DNA from: Takakia lepidozioides | Taxonomy: Eukaryota > Plantae > Bryophyta | DNA: 64,000 nucleotides | Direction: 5' to 3' | Assembly (NCBI GenBank): GCA_030704615.1 | Contig: CM060733.1 | Span: 75,206,001 to 75,270,000, forward strand | In this document: positions 1 through 12,547 of the stretch, piece after piece | Position numbering within the stretch: position 1 is the stretch's first letter | Layout of the letters: the number at the start of each line of letters is the position of its first letter | Translations under genes and position numbers: made by a program | Notes under the pieces: generated by a model | Seen by the model: the letters and a program-made list of their open reading frames with translations, nothing else | Told to the model about the DNA's origin: nothing | Databases searched by the model: none

Positions 1-500
1 TCCGACTTACCTGCTGGATGGAAATTCGGCGCCGGATTTCCATCCATCCGGGATTCGAATTACCTGCTGGATGGAAATTCGGCGCCGGATTTCCATCCAT
101 CCGGGATTCCACTTACCTGCTGGATGGAAATTCGGCGCCGGATTTCCATCCATTCGGGATTCGACTTACCTGCAGGATGGAAATTCGGCGTCGGATTTCC
201 ATCCATCCGGGATTTGAATTACCTGCAGGATGGAAATTCGGCGCCGGATCTCCATCCATCCACTCTCCGACCAACCTTGCGGATGGAAATCCGGCGCCGG
301 ATTTCCATCCATCCGCCTCCGAATTACCTTCTTGAGGGAAATTTCACGCGCCGACCTACCTCGCAGATGGAAATCCAGCGCCAGATTTCCATCCATCCGC
401 TCTTCGAATTACCTGCATGACGGAAATTTTGCGCGCCGACCTAGCTGGCGGATGGAAATCCAGCGCCGGATTTCCATCCATCCACTCTTCGAATTACCTG
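1..500. repeat. 53-bp tandem repeat built around the palindrome GGATGGAAATTCGGCGCCGGATTTCCATCC
   Basis: TTACC unit starts at 7, 60, 113, 166 and 219 (period 53), then degenerates. The same unit occurs at about 42120-42620. Confidence 0.9.
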
Positions 501-581
501 CATGACTGGAAAAATGGCGCCGAATTTCCGATTTTGGTGCAAGTCAGATCTGGCACTTAGCCATTTTCGGCCCCGAAATAG

Positions 582-614
<33 letters not shown>

Positions 615-2076
615 GCCATTTTTCCAGTTCGGGGCCGAAAACGGCTAAGTGCCAAATCTGATTGGCACCCAAAATCGGAAATTCGGCGCCATTTTTCCAG
701 TCATGCAGGTAATTCGAAGAGCGGATCGATGGAAATCCAGCGCCGGATTTTCATCCATCCGCTCTTCGAATTACCTGCATGACGGAAATTTTGCGCGCCG
801 ACTTACCTGGCGGATGGAAATCCGGCGCCGGATTTCCATCCATCCGCTCTTCGAATTACCTGCATGACTGGAAAAATGGCGCCGAATTTCCGATTTTGGT
901 GCCAGTCAGATCAAGGACTTAGCCATTTTCGGCCCCGAAATGGAAAAACGGCGCCCAAAAAAAAAAACCAAAAAAAAAAACAAAAAAAAACCGCCATTTT
1001 TCCAGTTCGGGGCCGAAAACGGCTAAGTCCCAGATCTGACTGGCACCCAAAATCGGAAATTCGGCGCCATTTTTCCAATCATGCAGATAATTCGAAGAGC
1101 GGATCGATGGAAATCCGGTGCCGGATTTTCATCCATCCGCTCTTCGAATTACCTGCATGACGGAAATTTTGCGCGCCGACTTACCTGGCGGATGGAAATC
1201 CGGCGCCGGATTTCCATCCATCCGCTCTTCGAATTACCTGCATGACTGGAAAAATGGCGCCGAATTTCCGATTTTGGTGCCAGTCAGATCTGGGACTTAG
1301 CCATTTTCGGCCCCGAAATGGAAAAACGGTGCCAAAAAAAAAAACCAAAAAAAAAAAAAAAAAAAACGCCATTTGTCTATTTCGGGGCCGAAAACGGCTA
1401 AGTCCCAGATCTGACTGGCACCCAAAATCGGAAATTTGGCGCCATTTTTCCATTTCTGGGCCCAGTCAGATCTAGGACTTAGCCATTTTCGGCCCCGAAC
1501 TGGAAAAATGGTGACGAAAAAAAAAAAAAAAAAAAAAAAAAAAACGATATTTTTTTTCCAGTTCGGGGCCGAAAACGGCTAAGTCCCAGATCTGACTGGC
1601 AACCAAAATCGGAAATTCGGCGCCATTTTTCCAATCATGCAGGTAATTCGAAGAGCGGATCGATGGAAATCCGGTGCCGGATTTTCATCCATCCGCTCTT
1701 CGAATTACCTGCATGACGGAAATTTTGCGCGCCGACTTACTTGGCGGATGGAAATCCGGCGCTGGATTTCCATCCATCCGCTCTTCGAATTACCTGCATG
1801 ACTGGAAAAATGGCGCCGAATTTCCGATTTTGGTGCCAGTCAGATCTGGGACTTAGCCATTTTCGGCCCCGAAATGGAAAAATGGTGCCGAAAAAAAAAA
1901 ACCAAAAAAAAAAAAAAAAAAAAACCGCCATTTGTCCAGTTCGGGGCCGAAAACGGCTAAGTCCCAGATCTGACTGGCACCCAAAATCGGAAATTCGGCG
2001 CCATTTTTTCATTTCTGGGCCCAGTCAGATCTGGGACTTAGCCATTTTCGGCCCCGAACTGGAAAAATGGTGCCGG

Positions 2077-2109
<33 letters not shown>

Positions 2110-3050
2110 GATATTTTTCCAGTTCGGGGCCGAAAACGGCTAAGTCCCAGATCTGACTGGCACCCAAAACCGGAAATTCGGCGCCATTTTTCCAGTTCTG
2201 GGCCCAGTCAGATCTGGGACTTAGCCATTTTCGGCCCCGAACTGGAAAAAATGGCGCCGAAAAAAAAAAAAAAAAAAAAACGCCATTTTTACAGTTCGGG
2301 GGCCGAAAACGGCTAAGTCCCAGATCTGACTGGCACCCAAAATCGGAAATTCGGTGCCATTTTTCCATTTCTGGGCCCAGTCAGATCTGGGACTTAGCCA
2401 TTTTCAGCCCCGAACTGGAAAAATGGCACCGAAAAAAATAAATTTTAATAAGAAAACGCCATTTTTCCAGTTTGGGGTCGAAAACGGCTAAGTCCCAGAT
2501 CTGACTGGCACCCAAAATCGGAAATTCGGCGCCATTTTTCCAGTTCGGGGCCCAGTCAGATCTGGGACCTAGCCATTTTAGGCCCCGAACTGGAAAAATG
2601 GCGCCGAAAAAAAAAAAAAAAAAAAAAAAACGGCCATTTTTCCAGTTTGGGGCCGAAAACGGCTAAGTCCCAGATCTGGCTGGCACCCAAAATCGGAAAT
2701 TCGGCGCCATTTTTCCAGTTCAGGGCCCAGTCAGATCTGGGACTTAGCCATTTTCGGCCCCGAAATGGAAAAATGGCACCATTTTTCCAGTTCCGGGCCC
2801 CGAAAATGGCTAAGTCCCTACGATGGCTGGAACCGCAACTGGAAATTCGGCACCATTTTTCCAGTTCCGCGCCCTATCAGATCTGGGACTTAGCCATTTT
2901 CTGCCCCGAACTGGAAAAATGGCGCCATTTTTCCAGTTCGGGGCCGAAAATGGCTAAGTCCCTAGGGTGGCTGGCACCAAAAATCGGAAATTCGGCGCCA
3001 TTTTTCCAGTTCCGGGCCCAGTCAGATCTGGGACTTAGCCATTTTCGGCA
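501..3050. repeat. Foldback-like higher-order array: inverted arms of about 80-90 bp around poly-A loops, in units of about 180 and 360-380 bp
   Basis: CATGACTGGAAAAATGGCGCCGAATTTCC recurs at about 501, 863, 1241 and 1797. Arms GGGACTTAGCCATTTTCGGCCCCGAA and TTCGGGGCCGAAAACGGCTAAGTCCC flank A-tracts. Related to the intronic array at 46100-46830. Confidence 0.85.
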
Positions 3051-3218
3051 AGTAAATGCAATAAAATGTTGCATTTCAAGTCCACTGGTGCCACATTCCA
3101 ACTTCAGATGACCCTATTTCCATGCCTCCTAACCCTATTTCCGTGGACTTACAATGGTCTGCTCATGTTTTTTTTTTTTCCGCTCATGCTCATGCCGCTC
3201 ATGAAATAGCAGCCCCTA

Positions 3219-3356
3219 GAAACTGAATATGGAAAAGCTTTGATACAAGAAGTGTCTTATTCACAAGCAGTCGGTTGTTTGATGCATGCTATTGTCAACA
3301 CCCGACTTGATTGCTCATTTGTAGTTGGTAGTCTCGCTCAATTCCTATCGAACCCC
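3219..3356 (+). pseudogene. Ty1/Copia reverse transcriptase C-terminal fragment, interrupted by element E
   Basis: Manual translation YSQAVGCLMHAIVNTRLDCSFVVGSLAQFLSNP fits the Copia Y..AVGSLMY....TRPDI.F.VG....F.SNP pattern. Confidence 0.75.
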
Positions 3357-3879
3357 GAAGAAGGAGACGGAGACGGATGTTGGAGAAGGAGACGAAGACA
3401 CGGCCATTGACAACGAGGTGGAGGATGATTCGGAGGTGCCTTTTGAGGGCCGGGCCATTTATGACAATGACCAAGAAGACTTGCAGCTTGATGAGGATGA
3501 AGAGGCTCCGGATGATGAAGTTGATTAGACACAAAATCAAAGCTTCATAACAATTCTCGCACCGAACTGGACCCATCCCTTCGATTGATTGTACATGTAC
3601 ATGCATATTGTATTTTATTTCTATGATTCATCAAATATGGCTGTGGCTCGTAGTCTTTCAAGAAAGTAGGCAGAGGCAATGAATATGTTGGAGCAACACA
3701 TACAGATGTGGTATCAAGAGAATTATCAAAATGAATGTCACAATCTACAAGTAGGTCCACAACAACAAGCTAAACCATAAAGAAAAACAAACACCCTACC
3801 CCAGTACCATATGAAAAAAAAAAAAAAAAAAAAAAAAACTAAGAACCCCCAAAGGCCCTAAACCTAAACCTAGAAAGCC

Positions 3880-4509
3880 CTGCCGTCGCTGCCTGCGACC
3901 CCCACGCGTCGCCACCTGCAAGGCGGTTTTTGTGATTTATGAGGCCGGGGGTCGCACACGGCGACAGCCAACCATCGCAATTTACGACCTATTTTTTTGA
4001 ATGGATTTATGAGGCCTGGGGGGTCGCAAACGGCGACGGCCAGCCGTCGCAAACTGTGACCCGTTTTTTTTTTTTTGCAAAAATAGGGCAGCCGGGCAGT
4101 TTGCGACGCCCGGCCATCGCAGGGGCCTTTTGCCCTTCATGCCACCATGCGATGGCCTGGCGTCGCAAGAAAGGGCTGCGATGAAAGAAATGGCAAGAAA
4201 GGGTTTTTTTTTTCCGGCGTGCGACGACCGGCCGTCGCCAGAAAGGGCTGCCTTCTGCCCTTTGCTGGGGGCGACGCTTGGGCGTCACATGGAAGGGCTG
4301 CCATTTTCCCTTCATCACTCCGTGCGACGGCCAGGTGTCGCCGCCTGGCCCCGGCGCCAGGTGGCGACCCGCGGGGTTTGGCTGCGACGGCCCGGCGTCG
4401 CAAACACGCTTCGCGGGGTTGGCGTCGCACGCTCGGCGCCGCGCAGTGCGTGGGGGCGCGGCTGGCGTCGCAAACCTCCCCCCCCCCCCCCCCCCCATTT
4501 GTTGTAGTG
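3880..4509. mobile_element. CACTA/EnSpm terminus with GC-rich subterminal repeats
   Basis: Ends ATTTGTTGTAGTG (reverse complement CACTACAACAAAT), preceded by many TGCGAC/GTCGCA motifs in both orientations. Confidence 0.7.
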
Positions 4510-4749
4510 CTTGGAATGCTGGCCTGAGGTACGGGAACACGCAAATTTCAGTCTAGTGCCGAGAGTGGGTAGACCCTTGAGGTCATCCAAGATGTCCTCC
4601 CCCATGTCATTGACTGGAAAAAGTTCAGGGAAGTTTTATGCCTAACTTCATTTTCATCAGACAATATCATGGCAAACTTGCTATCCTCTCCTCTCACTTG
4701 CTAAAGCCTTTGATCATACATGAAAGGACATTGACGAGGTTTTAAGGGG

Positions 4750-6990
4750 ATCCATTGTACCTCTTAGCTTGGTAACAAGCTCGTGTAACGGGAAGTAGAG
4801 GCCAGGAAAGGAGCCGTGTTTCAAGAACTTTATCAAGATTCGAACCAACTTTTTGGTCTTGAAGCCGTTTCACCCAAGTGTTTGGATAAGGACACAACAT
4901 TCTTTCTAGGCAAAATCAGTGCTGCTGGAAATGTATAGAATAGGGAAAGCTTGAGAGACGACAACATTGTAGGACTGATTCACAGGTCTGTTAGAAAGAA
5001 ACTAGATGTACTGTGTGTAAGGGAAAGGCAATAGCCTTCTCTTATCATATTTCTGAAACTAAAAAAGGCCGGTATCAGAATTCAGTACACTGATCTGCAC
5101 ATTCATAAAGCATGCCTCCAAGCCAGTGTATGGTATATCATCCTTGGTTCTCAATAACTCTGGTTTAATCTCCACCACATTGAGAGGGTAAACCCACCAT
5201 GGGTTTTGGTTATTTCTATCCGTAGAAGGATCAAGAAACAACTTTGCATCACCGACATTCAACCAGCATATGTCATCGATGTACCTGAAGGCTGACTTGA
5301 ATTTAGTCATAAGCTGGAACTGTCCAAGAGTAGCCAGTCGGAGAATAAATTTAATCTCATAGGACAGGAAGTAAATGTTACACCATAGAGGAGAACATGA
5401 AAAACCCATGGGTATGCCAGAAACTTGCTGCCAAACTCAATCTCCCAATGCAACAAAACAATGAGTCATCAACCACTTATGGAGCCCAAACAATCTAGCT
5501 TCGGATAGCTCAATCCACGTACCAGTCTTAGGAGAAGAGGGTCCCCACCTACACTTCCCGAACGTGTTGTTCCTGGCTGGGATCCATAGTGAGTGATTGG
5601 ATCGAGGGTGAGCAATGTGGTATTGCCGGAAGGCAATCTGAACCACATATTCGATGGCGGCACCCAAATTGTCTTCACCTGTCAAGGGTATGTTTTTGTA
5701 ACATTGAGTGATGTCCGTGACAAACACATCATGAATCCTTGCAGGTAAATTCAGAGTAAAATCAGAGATGTTGTCTATTATCCAATACATGGAAGTGGAC
5801 ACTTTGAAAAAATTCTCATAAGTGTCAAGCCGTGCTTTGACCCATTCCTTTACCAAAGGCAATAGATCCATGGTCGCACGTGTCAATAGACTGGCAAGTT
5901 CGCTGAAAATACAATTATGGGCGTTGGTAATCCAGCGGTACTTCTTTTTGTGTAGCTTGTAAATTCCCATCACGTAGGGGAGGTTACATGCTGCTACTGG
6001 TATTTCAGGGAGCAAGTTCTGTAATTCTTCAGAAATGCTTCTCAAGACTGAATCGGGTGAAAGCCATACCTCATTTTCAGAACAGGGTTTGAAATCTTTA
6101 CCCGTCAGCCGATGGTATGCTTGTGTTCTTATGTGCTTCACACACATAAAACATACGTTATTGTTAGCCTTGTCAAGTCCAGACATGTAAAGGTGAGAAA
6201 GAAGCCATGTAAGTTCATCCCGTGCCTCTTGCACAATAAAAGGATTTCTTTCATGATGATTGAAACGGCCATTGCGTCTGCTAGCTTTTTGTTTCAGTCT
6301 GTCCCAGCATGTGTTTTTCAACCATTGGCTGCATGATATCACCCAATTCTCACAAGTATCTACTTGTAGAATGTCACATGTCTTGAAAAAAGCAGAGTGG
6401 ACTTGCTCAACTACATCCTTCAACAAGGTACGTTTGAGAGGGATGTGATTCATACCTAGGCTGAACACGGCTTTCAGTCTCTCATGTCTGATGATGTTCA
6501 AATCCATGGTACGTAGGTGTTGTTTGGGAACAGACCCAGGTAAATGGAACTCTGTTACCGTAGCCTCATCACAAAACGCACGAAACCTGTTAGTTCCATC
6601 ACATGCGCATTCTGGTGACATAATCAGATCTTGCATGAAGTTGAAGTCTCGGAAAACAATGTTCAGCAGACTGGTAAAATTCAGTGTTGCATTGTTTATG
6701 ATAGGTCCATCCAAAGACAATCTCATCAACAAGGAGAGCCAGGTCTGGTTGTGCATGAGTCACCAGAGCTTCCTTAATCAGGTTCTTAGGGCTGATCCAT
6801 TCCATACCTCGGTTTGGGTATAGCATATGTATGAATCCCAAGGGGGTAGGCTTCGCCGCATGAGTTATGAATTTCCTGCCATGGGCATGGGTCTCAATCA
6901 GCCTGCAACCTCCCTCCAGTATGTTGAGATTCTCAGAATCCTCCAAAACTCCAGAGTCCAGCCCTTGCATATTGGTACTTGAAGTCACTT
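4750..6990 (-). mobile_element. Penelope-like retroelement (Naiad/Chlamys-like) reverse transcriptase, disrupted
   Basis: ORFs 6599-6988, 5437-6756 and 5059-5409 carry motifs CAC, DKANNNVCFMC, LPYVMGIYKLHK, DITQCY, QQVSGIPMGFSCSPLWCNIY, RYIDD, then KYDKRR...SNRP...YNVVVSQ. In-frame stops present. Boundaries approximate. Confidence 0.75.
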
Positions 6991-7449
6991 GCCGTGACTA
7001 GTGGTTGTTTGCATTGCTGGAAAACATGGAGGCCAGGGACTGAAATCCCAAAGCGAACTTGATGTACACCCCTCCAACACAGGAACTTATATGCTGGCCA
7101 ACTGCTAGACCATAAAAATCCTTGTTAGTAGGTCAGACTGGTAATGAAATAACAAGAAAGGAAGATGGTAGATAGTGTGTACAAACACCACTAAGTACAC
7201 TAGAAAAGGAAGAGAGTGGGAAGATATTCACGTCATGTCAAGACATGGACAAGACCCATAAGGGTCATTGTCAACTAAAGACATAAACAGCCCTAGATAG
7301 GGCACTATCTCACACTTCCAATCTTGTAAAATCATCCCAAAAGACAACACCCAATCATCCAAGACAAAACATGGCGGGAGGGCGGGGTTTGTTCTTGTGT
7401 GGGACAAGATAAGATATTGCTGCCCCTGTGCAGGCTGCAAGGCCTCTTG

Positions 7450-7946
7450 GTTCAGCCTGTACACATACCTTACCAGTAGGTCAAGTAATGAAGGAGCACA
7501 CAAGTGTGCTGAGGTTATGCAAAGGGCAAGGTACCATGGTCCAGCCTGCCCTATTACCATTTCAAGACACGTTTTCACACATACGTCTTGGACAAGACCC
7601 ACGGGTTGCAACAACTTACCTTTTCAGCCATTAATTATGGCAGGTCATGCATCAGCCAAGGCATAAGGACCAGCCTGCAGTTTGTCAAAATCACAGCATG
7701 CCACCAAGAAGTTCAACTTGAGCAAGATGAAATAAATTCCATATCATTTGTATTCACCCCGAGACATGTGATCATACAAGGTGTCAAGGGAATGTGAATT
7801 CAGCTTGTCAAATTGCAGGTTCAAGACTTGTACAAACAAATAGCATGAACAGCCGAGATCCAACCTCTTTTGCATATAAAAAACCAGATAGCAGGTCATA
7901 GGCCTGATGTCATGACAGAGCCAAAACTATAGGTAGGATCCCATTG
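7450..7946. repeat. Dispersed repeat of about 495 bp, copy 1 (copy 2 at 57135-57627)
   Basis: Direct, roughly 90% identical match from GTTCAGCCTG to GTAGGATCCCATTG. Confidence 0.9.
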
Positions 7947-8189
7947 CAGCTTACCATCCTCATCCTTCAAGAGTTCCATGCTAAAACATGCAAAGAACAC
8001 CTCACTATGATCCATTACACCTCAGAAGCAGGCCCGAAAAGGAGCAGGGCGGTGCCTTATCAGGCTGCCGCCATAATCTTCAAGGCCACCATGTCCATAG
8101 ATACCCAAAACCGCCAAAAACATACCACCAGAAATGAGATCCTCTTTGGCCAAAAGAACTTACAACCTAGCTCAATAATCCACCAAGTA

Positions 8190-8763
8190 TCGTCGTAGGT
8201 ACCCCCAGAGGCGGCCTTCGCCAACACCAAACCGCTCCGAAATTTCGCACGTGCGAACCCTAATGCGGCACCATATTTCCCAGTTCAGTTGCAAACCTTT
8301 CCCGCCGAATACCCGAAGAAGACAGAATTGTGAAGTACTGCAGACTGTATTGGAGCAGACTCCATTGGTTCAATCGCGGCAAAAGGGTCAGCTTCATTCC
8401 AATGTTAAGGCATGTAAAACCGCGGAATACTCTATACAGGCCAGTATGCGACGTCCTTTTGCAGTGGTATACTGGATTTCCCGTTGCACGGTCACTTATT
8501 TCCATGAGCGGATCTAAAAAACCATGAGCGGACTTGTTACTGACGACATATCTTCGCCGCATTACATGATCTGGAACGTCCAAAAACGGCAAGGTCAAAT
8601 AAAAAAAACTATTATTTTAATACTGTTTAATCTGCCGCATTTCCAAATTTGGAGGAGTCCGCTCATGAAATCCGCGTATCTTAGACTTCGGCTCACCGCT
8701 CATGCGGCTCATGCGGCTCATGGCTCATGGCTCATGGTTTCTGCTCATGAAATAGTAAACCTC
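8190..8763 (-). mobile_element. Left-end fragment of an A-type Mutator-like element (copy F), inverted
   Basis: Reverse complement of about 15798-16345. Ends CATGAAATAGTAAACCTC (TIR). Confidence 0.9.
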
Positions 8764-8764
8764 T

Positions 8765-9335
8765 CTCTACTGGGAATTGGCAGTTTGCTATCAGTGTTGA
8801 CTTCTTGTTTTCTCATCCTCTATCAGGCTTTTTCATCCATACCGGATGAGCCACCAGGATGGACAATGAATTACCTCTAGGATGGTTCTTTTGGCCTTTT
8901 CATTCCTCCTTTATTGACTCTCATCCATACCGGATGAGTCACCATGGAAGAAAAGAATTACCTCTATGAAGGTTGCCAACAACATCCTATTTTTCCATCC
9001 GTACCGGATGAAAAACTACCAGGGTGATAATTTTTCATTCCTCTTTTATTGACTCTTTTTATCCATACCGGATGGTCTGGTGAGGAATGATAGAATTACC
9101 TAGATAGAGGTAAGGCGTTGCCACGGATGATATTCCCTACTTTTTCATCCTGACACAAGTGATTTGTCTATGGATGATGTGATTATGGCCTGGAATTGAT
9201 TTACTACCCCTAATTATGATTAATTACGGTGGAAACCCTAACCCCTACCCCAAAACCTATTTTTAACCTTGCTGCGGATGAAATTCGTCAGGGTATACGG
9301 ATGCGTCCTACTATTTTTCATCCACGGATAAATAA
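8765..9335. repeat. Cluster of TCATCC(ATA)CCGGATGA imperfect palindromes, probable subterminal region of another DNA transposon
   Basis: Motif at about 8833, 8921, 8995, 9060 and 9320. The region starts with CTCTACTGGGAATT, possibly a degenerate CACTA end. Confidence 0.4.
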
Positions 9336-9791
9336 TCGGGGGACAACCCTATGTCGTCTCTCCCGTTGTCAGAAGCACGCGACGTGCTTCCGAGCTCGCG
9401 AGGAGAGTGTTATGGCGGACGTGCTTCGGTGGCTGCCCCGTTTGTGGTGTTGTACCCATGCTGGACGAGTGCCTGGGGGGGGCGCGAAGGCGGCGCCTTG
9501 TCTCTCTTGCAACGGGAAATACCGCTATGAATGCAGTGGCATCTTCCCTCCTCTGGCTTTTTCTGTGCTTAGCAAGGATGCTTATGATGGGAAGTTCTCT
9601 CCCTCCTTTCTAGTGCCTTGCGATTGTGTCTGCTTTGCTTCATTGCTTATGTGCTTTGTGGAGGCAGCTTGCTGCGGGTGGTGATGGCGCATAAACCTCT
9701 TCCCCAATCGCTTAAGGTGCCTTTGGAGTTTAGGGATTCTCATGTTTTTATCTCTCTCTCTTGCTTTTGAGTTTCTTAGTTGACATCGATG

Positions 9792-10340
9792 CACTATAAG
9801 AGATGAGCATTTTTAGGACTACGGCTTTGGCGGAGTCATAAGAACTGCACTAGGTAGATGACTACAGAGCGCTGAAATGCGTTGCAGCCATAGTTTTATC
9901 ACTACATGACGCCGGATATCACTACATGACTCCGGAAAGTTAGGAAGCTTTGGTCAAACATTGTTGACCACAATGACATGGATGGTTTATATGACTAGTG
10001 TGATATGTTTGACTACACGTGGACGACGTTTCATAGAATGTTATGACTCCATGACTGAAGATGGTTTCACAGCTCTAATTATACGACTACATCGCTACAC
10101 GTGTCATTTCGAAGGCAAATACACGAATGTATTCATCCATTGGACGAATTCATCCACAGCATGACATGGCATATAAACTTATGACTGTCTGACTGCAGAT
10201 TGATTCATGACTCTATATATATGACTACATCACTACACGTGGCATTTTAAAGGCATTTATATGACTTTATTAGTACACGTGTCATTTTGAAGACATATAC
10301 ACCATCCATTGGATGAGCTCATCCATCCATGTTTGTCGAA
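9792..10340 (+). mobile_element. Probable CACTA left terminus with ATGACTAC-type subterminal repeats
   Basis: CACTATAAGAGA at 9792, then many GACTACA/ATGACT repeats. The same motif clusters in the CACTA transposase intron at about 14600-14830. Confidence 0.55.
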
Positions 10341-11259
10341 ATCCTATCAGCTTAGTACATGTGTTAGTTTCCTATTGGTTTGATATAGCTCAAGCATTTT
10401 GTAGTTAACGTAGAGCACTAAGTCGCATTCTTCATTGAGTCTGTAAAGTGAGAGTCTGCAAAGGATGCCATTTGGAATGTGGAGTTTGCAGAGAGGGAAT
10501 GTGCGACAGTATGGCTGAACGACGGGTTGTGTCTTCAAATGCGATGATTGCAGGATAGCATGGTGATCATATCATAGGCTAGAACTGCATCTACTTGAAG
10601 AAATTTGGAACGTTACCTTCATGGACATGTATGGAAGCATCGACGATGCGAATTCAAAGGGAGAGTTCGATAGGATTTACAAAGGTTATCTGGTGTCAGA
10701 TTGGTAAGTTATAATCGAAACGTTTAAATATCTGCTGCCAAGTCTACATCTCTTCCATTAGCAGTTATAACCAATCACCATCCTGAAGCTACAGGCCCGA
10801 TGCGAAATCCCAATCGAAACCTGCATCTTCCTCCCCCTTTTTGTCCTTATTTCGCTGTCAAACCTTTCATTCTATGTGGAAGGTTCCAAAGGGAACTTCA
10901 CATTTCCCCTCATGATCTTGATTTTGGGAATTCTTTTCGAATGCAATGCTGTTAGGATATGGGTAGCATTGTCGTCATCACAGGTTGGCCGATCAAATAA
11001 TGGAAGATATTACAAAGGAAAGGTTGAAGCTGGCCGCCAGTATATGTGTTCTATCTGCGAATTGCCAAACTGGCTTCACCAAGAATGTGTAGGGTCGCAA
11101 TGTCCTCACTAACTTTTAGGTTACTCTCATTTTAAGTGGGTGCAGTGCTGCTTCTAGTATGGGGCTCTTATCACTCAGTACATCATAGCGAAATTGAAGT
11201 GCTTATTCTCAGGTAAATCTGTGTCTTTTGGCACTCTAAAGTGAGCTTTTTTTGTTGTC

Positions 11260-11643
11260 AGGGTTAAAGGCCGTGTTGTAAATTGACTTGGGATTGGTCC
11301 AGGGAATAAATTTCACCACAGACAAGTTGATGGAGGCTGGTGTGGAAATGGTAGAGTCTGATAGAGTCACATGTGGATGTGAAAACAACAGACAATTACA
11401 TGTTGCGGATTTTCTGCATTGGCTTCACAAAGAAGCGACCCAACCACATTAAGCGCACTTGCTACGCACAATTTCAAAAATGTTAGACAATTTCTAGGGC
11501 TCTTCGACCAAATGATGCAATTCTTAGAAGTTGAATGGCAGTCTCTGAAAGAAATAGAACCTCAAGTACACCAGCCAATAGTTTTTGGGGATAATGAAGG
11601 CATTTCAGGTCTCTGATGTCCATTTCTGAGGTTCATGTATGAG

Positions 11644-11687
<44 letters not shown>

Positions 11688-12235
11688 ACACACACACACA
11701 CACAGAAATTTCCATAGAACATGACGCTTGCAATGGTGGTTGCTTGTCAGGAACACTGCAAAACATTGTATGCAGCCAATATTTCCATGCAGGTCCTTCA
11801 CCAGTTTCGCGATATGCAGCCTGATGTAAGTAGTGTTACCATGTCTCGGCTTGCTTCAGTAGAAGATGAGGGAGATCATTGTGCATGAAGCTCAAACTTG
11901 TGATTTGAAGGTTCTTGTAGCCAAGTTCATTCCAGAGGTGATTGGAAAAGACATTGAGAAGATATCAGCCAGTATGTATCCTATACAAAACACCTTCATC
12001 CACAAAGTAAATATTATGAAAGCTCCCAGAGTTGATGTGGGCAAGCTTATGGAGGTAGAACTCGCTTCCCTCCTCTAATTTAAGTGTTGGATAAGTTTCA
12101 ATTTAGTGTCGACGTTCATTGCATACATTGGCTGTTTTCTTGGCTGGTATCTTGTTGCTTGGCTGCTTTCATGGGGATCACATACAGTGAGGAGGTGGGA
12201 GCAAAGATAGAGCGACATGTTGGTGAGTTGGAAGA
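11260..12235 (+). pseudogene. RPS3a: 40S ribosomal protein S3a (eS1) pseudogene, intron-containing
   Basis: Segments translate as FTTDKL..., [66 protein letters not shown]...[13 protein letters not shown] and YSEEVGAKIER. Stops, frameshifts and deletions present. Confidence 0.9.
11649..11704. repeat. Compound (GA)n(CA)n microsatellite
   Basis: Directly visible. Confidence 0.95.
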
Positions 12236-12547
12236 GCTTGGAGGGGAGCATGTTGAGGTACCGGGGGTTAAATTTCCCGTGTGTAGTGGAAGGGGAGGAG
12301 TACAAACGTAAGTTTTGCTGCAATAATTTTTGTTTTCCAGCCTACATGTTCTTGTTGGATATTAAATGAAGTGCTTTCAATGTTGCTGCAATACCATAAT
12401 AAAGTAGAGGCTGCTGAATGCAGTTGGCCTTGCTTGGTGCGGACAGAATCCATTGCAATGTGGAGATGGCTGATTATAGCATTTCCAGAGGATGGTGTGG
12501 ATGGCCTTGCGTGGTGCATTTCTCAATTCCTCATACTCTACAGGATT

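Larger units (their letters stand above)
1..3216 (+). mobile_element. Right part of a gene-less (in this window) derivative of the B-type Mutator-like element (copy E)
   Basis: About 3055-3216 closely matches the right end of element B (about 49265-49427) and ends CATGAAATAGCAGCCCC. The interior consists only of B-type GGAAATTCGGCGCCG arrays. The left end lies outside the window. Confidence 0.8.

Noticed and set aside
18-3111. Many short ORFs (MEIRRRISIH..., poly-K or poly-F)
   Set aside because: Translation artefacts of palindromic arrays and A-tracts. The same applies at 23560-24344, 41070-42763 and 61716-62862.
3856-3872. Telomere-like CCCTAAACCTAAACC
   Set aside because: Only 2-3 degenerate units, common in plant transposon subtermini.
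4545-4558. Second TAGTG as a CACTA end
   Set aside because: The end at 4509 fits CACTACAA much better and directly adjoins the subterminal repeats.
4640-4665. Possible hammerhead core (CTGATGA on the minus strand) near the Penelope 3' end
   Set aside because: No GAAA box and no convincing stems.
8764-8771. TCTCTACT as a TSD partner of the copy C flank CTCTACCA, or a CTC target preference
   Set aside because: The sequences are not identical, their order is wrong for one element, and other flanks (AGAAACTG, AATTGTCA) do not fit.
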